Notes: generated by a model not told the origin, from the letters alone. Positions 8,037 through 17,633 are shown, numbered from the stretch's first letter. The stretch is DNA of 64,000 bases from an uncultured virus (IMG/VR IMGVR_UViG_3300044678_003809) (IMGVR_UViG_3300044678_003809); one strand, 5' to 3'. Numbers and translations are program-made.

Positions 8037-8893
8037 ACCTCAAGAGCATGACCCTCCTGCAGCAAGACGACTTGGCCCGGCGGCGGCGTCTCGCCCGGCG
8101 CCGGAAGTTACCCGTGGACCAGATGACCCAACTCGCGGTGGACGAGGACGCTCGGGTGCGTGACCAGATCGCCCAGCGTGTCGATCTCCCCGAGGACCTC
8201 GTGGTCCAACTCGCTTCGGACGGAGACGAGAATGTGCGCTGCGCAGTCGCCCTGCGCGCGGACCTTCCTGCGGGCCTTGTGGTCCGGCTCTCGGTCGACC
8301 CCGCGTACTGGGTGCGGAAGTACATCGCCCGGCGCAGCGATCTCCCCATGGACCTCGTGGTCAAGCTCGCGGCGGACGAGGCCGAGTGGGTGCGCTGCAC
8401 AGTCGCCGAGCGCGCCGAGCTTCCCGCGGACCTCGTGGTCCAACTTGCGGCGGACCCGAAGGGCTACGTGCGGGAGACCATCGCCAAGCGCGCGGACCTC
8501 CCGGTGGGCCTCTTGGCCCCGCTCGCGGCCGACCCCGACGTGGACGTCCGAATGGCCGTCGCCAAGTCCGCAGATCTTCCCCCCGACGTCGTGGTCCAAC
8601 TCGGGGCCGACCCCGACGTGGACGTGCGCAAGGCAATCGCCGTACGCGCGGATCTCCCCGTTGACCTGATGACCCGGCTCTCTGTCGACAGCCGTAAGCG
8701 CGTACGGACCGATATTGCCAAACGCGTAGATCTACCCGGTCGTCTTTTGATCCGAATGGCCGCGGACCCCGATGGGGTCGTGCGGGCTTGGATCGCCAAA
8801 CGTCCAGATCTCCCCGCGGACCTCGTGGCCAAGCTCGCCAAGGACCCCTCGGCCCAGGTGCGCGCGGCCATCGCAGCCAGGAGCACGACGTGA
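8033..8893 (+). CDS. LRV repeat protein 2
   Basis: About 11 repeats; GTGA overlap. Confidence 0.85.
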   Translation: MNLKSMTLLQQDDLARRRRLARRRKLPVDQMTQLAVDEDARVRDQIAQRVDLPEDLVVQLASDGDENVRCAVALRADLPAGLVVRLSVDPAYWVRKYIARRSDLPMDLVVKLAADEAEWVRCTVAERAELPADLVVQLAADPKGYVRETIAKRADLPVGLLAPLAADPDVDVRMAVAKSADLPPDVVVQLGADPDVDVRKAIAVRADLPVDLMTRLSVDSRKRVRTDIAKRVDLPGRLLIRMAADPDGVVRAWIAKRPDLPADLVAKLAKDPSAQVRAAIAARSTT

Positions 8894-9498
8894 ACCTCGA
8901 CCACATGACCCCCGACCAGCGTCTCTATCAAGCGCAGCGCCCCGAGCAGACGGCGGACGTCCTGTCCCAGCTCGCGGTGGATGTCTCCGAAACGGTCCGG
9001 CGTGCCGTTGCCCTTCGGAGTGCTCTGCCCGCCGACCTCATGGTCCAGATGGCCTGTGACCCGTCCCTGTGGGTGCGCGCGGACATCGCCCAGCGTCGGG
9101 ACCTGCCGGAGGCCGCATTTGCCCGGCTCGCCGGAGATCCCACGGTGGTGGTGCGCGCGATTGTCGCGGCGCGGCATGACTTAGTCACTGACCAAGTGGG
9201 CCGATTCGCCGAGGACCAAGACCAGTACGTGCGACATGCTGTCGCTCTGCGCCACCATCTGCCCGCTCAGTGGCTGGCCAAGCTCGCAGTGGACTCCGTG
9301 GGAACCGTGCGTGCGATCATCGCCGCCCGCAACGACACCCCTGCGGACCTCGTGGCCCAACTCGTGGCAGACCCGGACGCGGACGTCCGAAGGGCCGTCG
9401 CTCGGCGTGCAGACCTGCCCGAGGACGTCCTGGCCAAACTCGCCGGAGACCCCGACTCCATCGTTCAGATGACCATCAAAGCCCGGAGACCGAAATGA
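8890..9498 (+). CDS. LRV repeat protein 3
   Basis: GTG start MNLDHMTPDQ overlapping previous stop. Confidence 0.85.
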   Translation: MNLDHMTPDQRLYQAQRPEQTADVLSQLAVDVSETVRRAVALRSALPADLMVQMACDPSLWVRADIAQRRDLPEAAFARLAGDPTVVVRAIVAARHDLVTDQVGRFAEDQDQYVRHAVALRHHLPAQWLAKLAVDSVGTVRAIIAARNDTPADLVAQLVADPDADVRRAVARRADLPEDVLAKLAGDPDSIVQMTIKARRPK

Positions 9499-10259
9499 AC
9501 ATTACGACCATGACCCCCGACCAGCTCCGTCAGGCGGCGCTGTCCTCGGATTTCGAGACGGTCCTCATTGCAGAGTTGACTCGGGGTGTCCCCTGGAGCA
9601 CTCGGTGCCACGTCGCGCGGCTTCCGAAGCTCTCCGCCGGGATTCTGGCCCGGCTCGCTCAGGATGAACACGACCTGGTCCGGCAAAACACCGCGATTCA
9701 CCCCGACTTGCCGGACGACTTGGTGCGGCAACTCGCCACGGACTCCTACTGGGCCGTGCGCCGCGGGCTCACCACGCGTCCCACGCTCCCGATGGACGTC
9801 ATCTCCCGACTCGCAGAGGACACGGAGGACGAGGTCCGTCAGTCCCTTGCCCGGCGGCCGTCCCTGCCGGTGACCTCCATGTTCAAGCTCACGCATGACG
9901 ATTCCGGGGCCGTGCGGCAGGCCATCGCCTCCCGTGCCGACCTGCCCCTGGAAATCGTGCGCAAGCTCGCAGTGGACGCAGATCTGCGAGTGCGTCAGGC
10001 CGTCGCCGAGCGATCCGACCTGCCGGCGTACCTCGTGGCTCTACTTGCCTCGGACGAGGATGGGGCCGTGCGGCGCCTCGTCGCCCAGCGCGACATCCCT
10101 GAGGGTCTCGTGGCTCAACTGGTGGGGGACGCGGCCGAGATGGTGCGGATCGCCGTCGCGAGGCGGCTTGATCTGACTCCTGCTCAGATTGCGCAGCTCG
10201 CGCGGGACCAGAGCCGCGACGTGCGTCTGGCCGTCGTTCACTGCGAGGACCACGAATGA
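9495..10259 (+). CDS. LRV repeat protein 4
   Basis: ATGA overlap; MNITTMTPDQ start. Confidence 0.85.
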   Translation: MNITTMTPDQLRQAALSSDFETVLIAELTRGVPWSTRCHVARLPKLSAGILARLAQDEHDLVRQNTAIHPDLPDDLVRQLATDSYWAVRRGLTTRPTLPMDVISRLAEDTEDEVRQSLARRPSLPVTSMFKLTHDDSGAVRQAIASRADLPLEIVRKLAVDADLRVRQAVAERSDLPAYLVALLASDEDGAVRRLVAQRDIPEGLVAQLVGDAAEMVRIAVARRLDLTPAQIAQLARDQSRDVRLAVVHCEDHE

Positions 10260-11188
10260 GCACCGAGCAGACCATCCACCAACTACTCGAAGAGTTCGTG
10301 ACACACTCAGACCGCGATGTCCGCGTGCGGGTCGCCAGCGATGCCTGGCTATCCCCCAGCCAGATCGTGGCGTTGGCGACCGACGACGATGATCGCGTGC
10401 GCGTGCGTATCGCCCGTCGCCCCGACCTGGACATGGTGCCGCTCCGGGTGTTGTCCGCCGACAAGAACGTCCGCGTGCGTCAGATCATCGCTGACCGGCA
10501 GGATCTGCCGGCGGTGGTGGTGGAGATACTCGCCCAGGATGTGGACGCCAACGTGCGCGACGCGATTGCGAGGCGGGCAGACCTATCGGCAGGGGTGCGG
10601 GAGATGCTGGCCCGAGACCCGAACGCCCTCATTCGCTGGAGCATTGCCACTCGGGAACACACCATTCCCCCTCCGAAATGCGAGCCGTTGCTCGCGGCGT
10701 TGCTCGAGGCCCTCGCCACCGACCGAGCACCGGAGGTGCGTCGGGAAATTGCCCGCCATGGCGACCTCCCGCCGCCGCTGCTCGATGCTCTGAGCAAGGA
10801 TGATGATCCAGGCGTTCGTTGCAGCTTCGCCGCACGGGCGTTCCTACCGCCCCACCTGGTCGAGGTTCTGGCCCGTGACATGCTCCCGGGCGTCCGCTCG
10901 ATCATCGCCTGTCGTGCGGGTCTGCCGGAGTCGCTCGTCGAGACGTTGGTGGGGGACAGGGACGTCGCGGTGCGTGTCTGCCTGGCCCGCCGCGTCAGCC
11001 TGCCCGGGAAGTTGGTCGCGGTGATGGCCCGGGACGCGGACCCGTGTGTGCGTGCGGTCATTGCCTGCCGTCCCGACGTACCCATGGACCTGGTGGTGGT
11101 GCTGGCCGCGGACCCGGACCGCCAGGTGCGTCGCGCCGTGGCGGCTCGCGCCGTGGCGGCTCGCGCCGCAACCCAGGATTTCAAATGA
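10256..11188 (+). CDS. LRV repeat protein 5
   Basis: 24-aa repeats; ATGA overlap. Confidence 0.85.
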   Translation: MSTEQTIHQLLEEFVTHSDRDVRVRVASDAWLSPSQIVALATDDDDRVRVRIARRPDLDMVPLRVLSADKNVRVRQIIADRQDLPAVVVEILAQDVDANVRDAIARRADLSAGVREMLARDPNALIRWSIATREHTIPPPKCEPLLAALLEALATDRAPEVRREIARHGDLPPPLLDALSKDDDPGVRCSFAARAFLPPHLVEVLARDMLPGVRSIIACRAGLPESLVETLVGDRDVAVRVCLARRVSLPGKLVAVMARDADPCVRAVIACRPDVPMDLVVVLAADPDRQVRRAVAARAVAARAATQDFK

Positions 11189-12468
11189 GCACCGAGACTC
11201 GGACGCTGCCCGAGTTCCCCCAGTACACGTTCCGGGCAGACGGTGTCGTCCTGAGTTCCTTCCGGCCCCGCGGTATTCGGTCGCATCTCGTCCACGGGCG
11301 CCCCGTGGTCTATTTGGTCGGTGGCACCAAGCGGAGCCGGGCGTTGGCCCGGTTGATCTACACCGCGTTCTATGGGCCTCCACCACCCGCCCATCGGGTC
11401 TTTTTTCGAGATGGGAATCCTCTCAACTGCGCCGCCGACAACTTGTACTGCAGCCCGTACACAATCCCGTCCCGGTGGCCCGCGGGGCATATTCGGCAAT
11501 CCACGGCGGTCTACGCGCTCAGATCGGATACGTGCCGCGAGTGCGGTGGGCTCTTCGACAGTCGCGATCTGCAGTTCGTGGTCGGACGCACCGATAGACG
11601 GTGTCGCTTCTGCCGCGATGGTCTGCTCGCGGATGTGCCCGAGCATGAGCGCCATGAGGCCGCTGAGGGCGCGTTCGGAGTCCCGACCTACTCAACGGAG
11701 GAGTTGCTCGACATTCGCCATCTCTGCATCGAGTTGTGGGACCTGATCAAGGCGCTGCCCGACCCGCAGCCGCATGTCCTGTACTACCGTTTCTGGGAAG
11801 ACCAATCTCAGGACGAGACGGGGAGCATTATCGGGCGTTCCAGAGAGCGCGTCCGACAGATCGAGAGTCAAGCGATTCGGCAGCTCCGAAAGGTCATGCA
11901 CGCCCACCCCGATGTCAAGGCAGCCGCCGCCGAGGCGGCAGATAGGGCTGTTCAGCGCATCGCGGCCAACCCCGCCCTCTGGGCGCGCAAGTGGCTGGCA
12001 GTATTCCCCAGATTGTCGCGTTATTGGCTCGATCGTCTGGCAGTAGACCCGAATGCGGATGTCCGTTGGTTGATCGCCACTCGGAAGGATCTCCCTGACG
12101 AGGTGGAGGAACGATTGGCCAAGGACCCTGTGTGGCAAGTGCGTCAAGCGGTCGAGCCCGAGGTGTCTCGGCGCAAGAACCGGGCCGCGGTCGAGCAGAC
12201 CAACCATGAGGACCGATTGCGCCGCGCCCACGATGCCGACCCGCGGGTGCGGAAAGAAGCTGCTACGGACCCCAGCATGCCCGCCAGTGTAGTCGCCGAG
12301 TTGGCGGCGGATGTCGATTCGGACGTCCGCTACATGATCGCCGTGCGCCCGAAGTTGCCACGCGAGTTGCTTGACCGTCTGGCCCAAGACCCGGTGTGGC
12401 AAGTGCGGGAAGCTGCTGAACGGGCCATCCGGCGCCTCCAATCGGCCTCGAAAGGAACCAGCCCATGA
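11185..12468 (+). CDS. fusion protein: degenerate HNH-like domain, Zn finger, sigma70 region-4 HTH, LRV repeats
   Basis: FFRDGNPLNCAADNL; CRECG..CRFC; IGRSRERVRQIESQAIRQLR; LAKDPVWQVR repeats. Confidence 0.75.
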   Translation: MSTETRTLPEFPQYTFRADGVVLSSFRPRGIRSHLVHGRPVVYLVGGTKRSRALARLIYTAFYGPPPPAHRVFFRDGNPLNCAADNLYCSPYTIPSRWPAGHIRQSTAVYALRSDTCRECGGLFDSRDLQFVVGRTDRRCRFCRDGLLADVPEHERHEAAEGAFGVPTYSTEELLDIRHLCIELWDLIKALPDPQPHVLYYRFWEDQSQDETGSIIGRSRERVRQIESQAIRQLRKVMHAHPDVKAAAAEAADRAVQRIAANPALWARKWLAVFPRLSRYWLDRLAVDPNADVRWLIATRKDLPDEVEERLAKDPVWQVRQAVEPEVSRRKNRAAVEQTNHEDRLRRAHDADPRVRKEAATDPSMPASVVAELAADVDSDVRYMIAVRPKLPRELLDRLAQDPVWQVREAAERAIRRLQSASKGTSP

Positions 12469-13130
12469 AGACGCCGTTGACCAACGCCACCGTCGAGATG
12501 CGCTACGCCCTGGTGCGGCGCGCGGGCGTCCCGAGCGAGTTGCTCGTCCTCTTGGCCCAAGACCCGGAGATCTACGTCAGACAGACTCTCGTGGGGCGGC
12601 TGGACCTGCCACTCGAGGCCATCGACATCCTCACCCGGGACGAGCACTCCAGCGTCCGAGAGCACCTCGCGTCCCGGGCTGTCTTGCCCGAGACTGCGTG
12701 GCTCACGTTGGTGGCCGACCCGAACCCCCGGGTGCGCACCTTGGTCCTCCGAACCCCGGGGGTCCTGCCTACGGCTGTGCTGGACCTGGCCGTGTCGTCG
12801 GGCAGCGACTTCGAGCGGGCCTTGGTCGCAGGACGGCCTGAGTTGACCGATGTTCTGCTGTTCATCCTCGCCAAGGACGCCCAGGAGAATGTGCAGTTGC
12901 GCGTCGCTCGCCGGGACCAACTGCCGGCTTCGGCCATTTCCGCGCTGTCCCTCAGCCCCTTCGGCGGTGTGCGGTCGGTTCTCGCGGGTCGCCTCGACCT
13001 GCCGCCGTATGTGCAGGAGCGTCTCCAGAACGACCCCGTACGTGCGGTCCAACAGGCGTTCGCCGCTGCACCGAAACTGGTGGTCGAGCGTCACCGTGAG
13101 TGGTCGGTCGTAACGCAAGATCCGACCTGA
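12465..13130 (+). CDS. LRV repeat protein 7
   Basis: 24-aa repeats; ATGA overlap. Confidence 0.8.
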   Translation: MKTPLTNATVEMRYALVRRAGVPSELLVLLAQDPEIYVRQTLVGRLDLPLEAIDILTRDEHSSVREHLASRAVLPETAWLTLVADPNPRVRTLVLRTPGVLPTAVLDLAVSSGSDFERALVAGRPELTDVLLFILAKDAQENVQLRVARRDQLPASAISALSLSPFGGVRSVLAGRLDLPPYVQERLQNDPVRAVQQAFAAAPKLVVERHREWSVVTQDPT

Positions 13131-13227
13131 CCGTCGTCTACCGGAAACCGTATTCAGAGAGGATTCTGATCTACCCCCAAACGGGCGCGCACCAGAACGC
13201 GCCAAAACAAGGAAACGAGGACCGCAC

Positions 13228-13545
13228 ATGACGACACCCACCACAATCGACCGGCAGGCCGACCCCGACGCCCTCACCCGTATCGTCTACCTGACGATGG
13301 CCGAGATCGCCCTGGAGTCCAATGTCCCCCAGGACCACATCAAGCCCTGGGCCGACGCCACGGAGGACGAGAAGCAGATCTGCCGGAGGATCGCCGCGCA
13401 GGTCGCCGAGCCCCTCGAGCGCGCCTTCAAGGCGCAACTCGACGCCCTGCAGGAGCGCCTGGCCGCGGCGGAGGCTCGGTCGAGCGCGCTGCAGGCCCGC
13501 TTGGACGAGACCCACAAGAACCACATCGATTCGTGGCCGCTCTGA
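13228..13545 (+). CDS. hypothetical coiled-coil protein
   Basis: GAGGA RBS; coding-like codon usage. Confidence 0.65.
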   Translation: MTTPTTIDRQADPDALTRIVYLTMAEIALESNVPQDHIKPWADATEDEKQICRRIAAQVAEPLERAFKAQLDALQERLAAAEARSSALQARLDETHKNHIDSWPL

Positions 13546-13817
13546 TGAAACCACGCCGGAACACGCCCTGGACGGGCGCCCACGATACTCGGCTCGGCCG
13601 CATCAAGGCCCTGCAGATGGCGGACGCACTCAAAGCTGATCTGGAAATGGCCGCGGAGGGGCTCCGTAACGCCGTCTACATGAAGTCTACCGATCCTGAG
13701 GCCGTCATCAGTTACCACCAGTCCGCGCTCGAGCGCCTGTTCGATGTGGTGCTGCAGTTGAACGAAAAGATCCAACCGGCACCGGGGGGCAACCCCGACT
13801 TTCGGAAGCCCCTATGA
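13545..13817 (+). CDS. hypothetical protein
   Basis: TGATG coupling. Confidence 0.55.
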   Translation: MKPRRNTPWTGAHDTRLGRIKALQMADALKADLEMAAEGLRNAVYMKSTDPEAVISYHQSALERLFDVVLQLNEKIQPAPGGNPDFRKPL

Positions 13818-14671
13818 CCCAAGCTCGGTCCAAGAACAGTGAAGCCAAGTTGATCAAGTGGGTCGGGTCCAAGGAGGCCGTCGTCGACCAGATCCTGCCG
13901 CACTTGAAGGGCGATGTGACCCGGCGCCTCTATGGCCGTTTCGTCGAGCCCATGTGCGGCTCGGCCGTCGTCAGCCTCCGGCTCGCCGGTCAAGTCGACG
14001 GACTGGTGCTCGGCGACCAGAACAAGCGGCTGATCAACATGCTCACGGTCGTGCGGGACAACCCCGCGGCGCTCATCGACCAGGTCCGTCGGCTGGCCGT
14101 GGGGTACGACGCCAAGGGGGCCGACAAGCACGCGATCTTCAAGTGGTGGCGCGTGGCCCTGAACGACGACTACGAAGACCCCGTCCTCGCGGCGGCCATC
14201 TTCCTGCTGGTCAACCGGACGGCCTTCAACGGGCTGTACAGGGAGAACGCCCATGGAGAGTTCAACGTCGGCTGGGGGAAGAAGGCGTCCTGCGCCGTCG
14301 ACACGATCGTGGCCGGTATCCTCGAGGCCACGCGCCGACTCGCCGGGGCCGTGATCGCCGCCGGGGACTTCACCTCCATTTGGCTCCCCGGAGCCGGCGA
14401 CTGCTGGTTCTTCGACCCACCGTACTACGGGAAGTTCCGCGGGTACGGCGGTGGGTGGCACGCCGAGCGGGACTTGACGCGCCTCGCCGCCTTCACGCGG
14501 CTGGTCGTGGAGAAAGGCGGGCGCGCCTTCGTGTGCAACAGCGATACGCCACAAGTGCGGATGGCCTTCGAGGGGGCGGTGTTTCACTCGATCTCCGGCC
14601 GTACGAGCGTTTCCCAGTCCTCGGGGGAACGCGGCGGCACCCAGGAGCTGCTCATCGAGGTCCGCAGCTAG
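13814..14671 (+). CDS. dam: DNA adenine methyltransferase (Dam/D12 class)
   Basis: KWVGSK, FVEPMCGS, FNGLYREN and DPPY motifs. Confidence 0.9.
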   Translation: MTQARSKNSEAKLIKWVGSKEAVVDQILPHLKGDVTRRLYGRFVEPMCGSAVVSLRLAGQVDGLVLGDQNKRLINMLTVVRDNPAALIDQVRRLAVGYDAKGADKHAIFKWWRVALNDDYEDPVLAAAIFLLVNRTAFNGLYRENAHGEFNVGWGKKASCAVDTIVAGILEATRRLAGAVIAAGDFTSIWLPGAGDCWFFDPPYYGKFRGYGGGWHAERDLTRLAAFTRLVVEKGGRAFVCNSDTPQVRMAFEGAVFHSISGRTSVSQSSGERGGTQELLIEVRS

Positions 14672-14706
14672 AGCCCGGTGCCCCATACCGTCAGGAGGAG
14701 TTCGTC

Positions 14707-15219
14707 ATGTCCGTCCCCAACAACTACTGGCTGCCGGCGATTCGCCTTGTCTTGTGGCGCGCGTCGACCTTCCACCACTGGCTGATGCTCTGGGCCATCC
14801 TGAGCCCCATCGTGGGAGTGCTTCCCGCCCTCATCGTGCTCCCGAGAAGTGCCGGTGGTGTCCCCTGGGAGTTCTTGGCCTGCCTGTGCATCGGGATGCT
14901 CTGGCCGCTGATCGTATGCGAGGTCAATCAGCGCCGAAACCGTTTCTACCAAGACAGCTTCGCCTGGCTGCTGTTCCTCGGGCTTGCCGCGTGCAACAAC
15001 TTCCCGACCGACACGACGTGCCAGGACTCCGTCGAAGTGGCGTCGTCAAGCAGGACGGTCCTGTGTTCACGGGGGGCGCGGGCTGAGGTCATCACTTGCC
15101 CGCAAAGCGAGACCGCAGAGGCCGGGGATCTTCACATCTGCGTTGTCTGTCGGTGTTCGCAGTCAAACCCCACCGAGGGGATTGTGCCCATCGAGCCTGA
15201 CGCACAGGAAGGGATCTGA
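14707..15219 (+). CDS. membrane protein with Cys-rich C-terminus
   Basis: AGGAGG RBS; hydrophobic helices; LAAC lipobox-like motif. Confidence 0.55.
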   Translation: MSVPNNYWLPAIRLVLWRASTFHHWLMLWAILSPIVGVLPALIVLPRSAGGVPWEFLACLCIGMLWPLIVCEVNQRRNRFYQDSFAWLLFLGLAACNNFPTDTTCQDSVEVASSSRTVLCSRGARAEVITCPQSETAEAGDLHICVVCRCSQSNPTEGIVPIEPDAQEGI

Positions 15220-15221
15220 CC

Positions 15222-15806
15222 ATGCCCAGTTACATCGGTGGGATGCTCTTCTCGTTGAAGCGGGCGCGCAACATCATCCCGGGAGACCGCCTCGTCGCGC
15301 CGCGGCCGACGTGCCTGTACGTGGAGGTCAAGAGCGTCACCCGGCAAGGCCGACGCGTGGTGCTCCACTGCGAGGGCTTGGAGAACCCGGGGGTGTCAAG
15401 GACGGTCACCCTCGACCAACTCCGACAGATCGACACTTGGCATCCTCTTCTGGAGCCGCACAGCGAAGTCGAACCCGTGGCCCGGCTCCCATGCCCTCGG
15501 TGTGCTTCCGTCTCCCGAGGGGCGACGGGCTCCTGTGTGGTGTGCGACCTGCCCGGGGAGATCATGGACGCGTTCATCGCTCGGGGATGGACCGGGGGGC
15601 CGGTGAACGTCAACTGGAAGCCCCTGGCCGAAATGAGGGATACCGACACGGTCGAAATGCTCCAGCAAGCGCAATTGGAGCCCGTGTGCCTCATGCCGCA
15701 CTGGTTCCTGCTGACGACGGAGAACTACCTCGTGGCGTACGCCCCCGGGGAGTCATGGTGTCCCATCTGCCGCGCCCCGCAGGCGCCGAAAGGAACGATC
15801 GCATGA
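15222..15806 (+). CDS. hypothetical Zn-finger protein
   Basis: CPRC..CVVC; C-terminal MPHWFLLTT..WCPIC domain. Confidence 0.6.
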   Translation: MPSYIGGMLFSLKRARNIIPGDRLVAPRPTCLYVEVKSVTRQGRRVVLHCEGLENPGVSRTVTLDQLRQIDTWHPLLEPHSEVEPVARLPCPRCASVSRGATGSCVVCDLPGEIMDAFIARGWTGGPVNVNWKPLAEMRDTDTVEMLQQAQLEPVCLMPHWFLLTTENYLVAYAPGESWCPICRAPQAPKGTIA

Positions 15807-16138
15807 AGACGCCCCACAAAGACGCGCCCACGCCCATCGTGCCCCGTTGCACTCGGGTTACCGCGGAGGGCCAGCGCGACACGCCCGCGGAGATTGTGGA
15901 CGCACTCATCGCGCTCAAGTGGGACGGTAGCCCTGTGGAACTCTACTGGACCTCGCTCGCCCAATACGATTTCGCCTCGACGGTCAACTTCATCAGCGCC
16001 GCGCAGATGACCACCACGCGGATTATGCCGCACTGGTTCCTGCTGACGACGTCCCAGTTCCTCGTGGCGTACGCCCCGAGGGATTCGTGGTGCCCCATCT
16101 GCCGCGCTCAGAAGGCGCTGGAAAGCTCGCCCGCATGA
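15803..16138 (+). CDS. hypothetical protein, paralogous to C-terminus of upstream gene
   Basis: ATGA overlap; shares MPHWFLLTT..LVAYAP..SWCPICRA. Confidence 0.6.
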   Translation: MKTPHKDAPTPIVPRCTRVTAEGQRDTPAEIVDALIALKWDGSPVELYWTSLAQYDFASTVNFISAAQMTTTRIMPHWFLLTTSQFLVAYAPRDSWCPICRAQKALESSPA

Positions 16139-16740
16139 AGATGCTCCGCCTGGCGCTGCTGTTGCCCGACGTCCCCAACGGGGCTCCCCCGAACGATTTC
16201 GACGGGGCCGTTGTCTTCGAGTGGGGAGCCACCCACCCCCCGGCACTCGGATTGGGGGAGGCCTACAACGGGAAGATCAACGGGCTCCGCGCTCGCGACG
16301 TCGTCCGCTGGGCCCCCCTGCCCGACGTCCCCGATCTGCGGCGGGACCTGGCGCGGGAGAAGTCTCGGGCGGACAACGCCGAGCGTGCCCTGGCCACCAC
16401 GCGACAACTCCTGCGAGTCACCGATCAGGACGACCTCGAGAAGCTCGACGTGATCACCGCGGTGTGGCTGCAGATGGCCAGTCGCTCGGGTATCGAAGCC
16501 GCCGAGGGTGAGGGACTCGTGGCGTACTGCACCCGAGTTCTACAGGTCCTCGATGAGAAGGCGACAGCCAGAGCGCAAACGTACTACGACGCGGCGGCAA
16601 GCGCGGCAGGCATGATTGAGGCACTGATCCTCGCCATCCAGCAAGCGGGCCTCGACATCACCGGCAATCAGCAGTTGCTGAACGAGCGGCTGACCGCGTT
16701 GCTCGAGGTGCTCAAAACCCGCCCAGGAGCGCGTACGTGA
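16135..16740 (+). CDS. hypothetical protein (RWAPLPD motif plus coiled coil)
   Basis: ATGA overlap. Confidence 0.55.
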   Translation: MKMLRLALLLPDVPNGAPPNDFDGAVVFEWGATHPPALGLGEAYNGKINGLRARDVVRWAPLPDVPDLRRDLAREKSRADNAERALATTRQLLRVTDQDDLEKLDVITAVWLQMASRSGIEAAEGEGLVAYCTRVLQVLDEKATARAQTYYDAAASAAGMIEALILAIQQAGLDITGNQQLLNERLTALLEVLKTRPGART

Positions 16741-16982
16741 TGCGACCGACGCTGCACCGCCTCTCCGGGGGCGCCCTGTTCTTCGGGATCACGGCCTGTG
16801 GGGGCTCGGTGTGTCCGACGGCCCCAGCGCCTTCACTGCCCGTCACGGCCCACGAGACGTGGCGTTGTCGTGGCGGTGGTCACGTCGTCGTCGTCTCGGG
16901 CACGGGCCTCCCCGCGGAGGTGGCGGCCTCCGGGGTCGTGCTTGACTGCCACCTGGTGCCACTCGGGCGGGGTCTGCCTTGA
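16737..16982 (+). CDS. small putative lipoprotein
   Basis: Hydrophobic segment ending ITAC. Confidence 0.45.
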   Translation: MMRPTLHRLSGGALFFGITACGGSVCPTAPAPSLPVTAHETWRCRGGGHVVVVSGTGLPAEVAASGVVLDCHLVPLGRGLP

Positions 16983-17521
16983 AACTCATCCGAGAGCGTC
17001 CCCCTCTGGAGATCACGGAGGCGTTGCGGGCGCGCGTGGCGGCTCTCATAGGGGCCCCCAACGCGAAGGGCTGTCGGATGTGGCGCCAGAGCCTCCGGTG
17101 GAACCAGGGGTACGGCGACATCAAGGTCAAGGGCGTCCACTACGGGGCACATCGGATCGTCTGGATACTCGCAAACGGTTACGAGCCACCCCCCGACCTG
17201 TATGTGTGTCACACCTGCGATACCCCCGGGTGCGTCGAGAGCACGCACCTGTTCCTGGGGACCGCATCCGAAAACCAACAGGACGCACTCTCGAAGGGTC
17301 GTTTCCCGACGGGGCACCGGAATACCGGGGGGTGTCGACGGTTGACCGATGCCCAGGTGCTCGAACTGCGGGCCCTGCACGCCCGTGGAGTGGACTGCGC
17401 GGAACTCGGGCGCCGTTTCGGTATCAGCCGGATCACCGCGTACTACATTGCAAAGGCGCGAAGCCGACGGTTCCTCGAGCCGGCACATGACCCTGAAGCG
17501 GATGGGCCGTGCGTGCCGTAG
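16979..17521 (+). CDS. HNH (His-Cys box-like) endonuclease with C-terminal HTH
   Basis: AHRIVW..VCHTCDTPGCVESTHLFLGT..N..D; LGRRFGIS HTH. Confidence 0.85.
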   Translation: MKLIRERPPLEITEALRARVAALIGAPNAKGCRMWRQSLRWNQGYGDIKVKGVHYGAHRIVWILANGYEPPPDLYVCHTCDTPGCVESTHLFLGTASENQQDALSKGRFPTGHRNTGGCRRLTDAQVLELRALHARGVDCAELGRRFGISRITAYYIAKARSRRFLEPAHDPEADGPCVP

Positions 17522-17633
17522 GTGGAGCACATCGTATGCAATATCTGCGTATTACGCTTGCGTAGGGTGTCGCAACGCGATACGAAGAACGAAGAACAGG
17601 ACGGAGAACGAGCCCGTGCTTCAAGAACTCAAC

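Noticed and set aside
15693..16107. DGR template/variable repeat pair
   Set aside because: Mismatches are not adenine-specific, both copies are coding, and no reverse transcriptase is present
16979..17521. HNH gene as intron-encoded or as effector of the RAMP array
   Set aside because: No split host gene is evident, and it lies 13 kb away in another operon; it is an ordinary freestanding phage HNH
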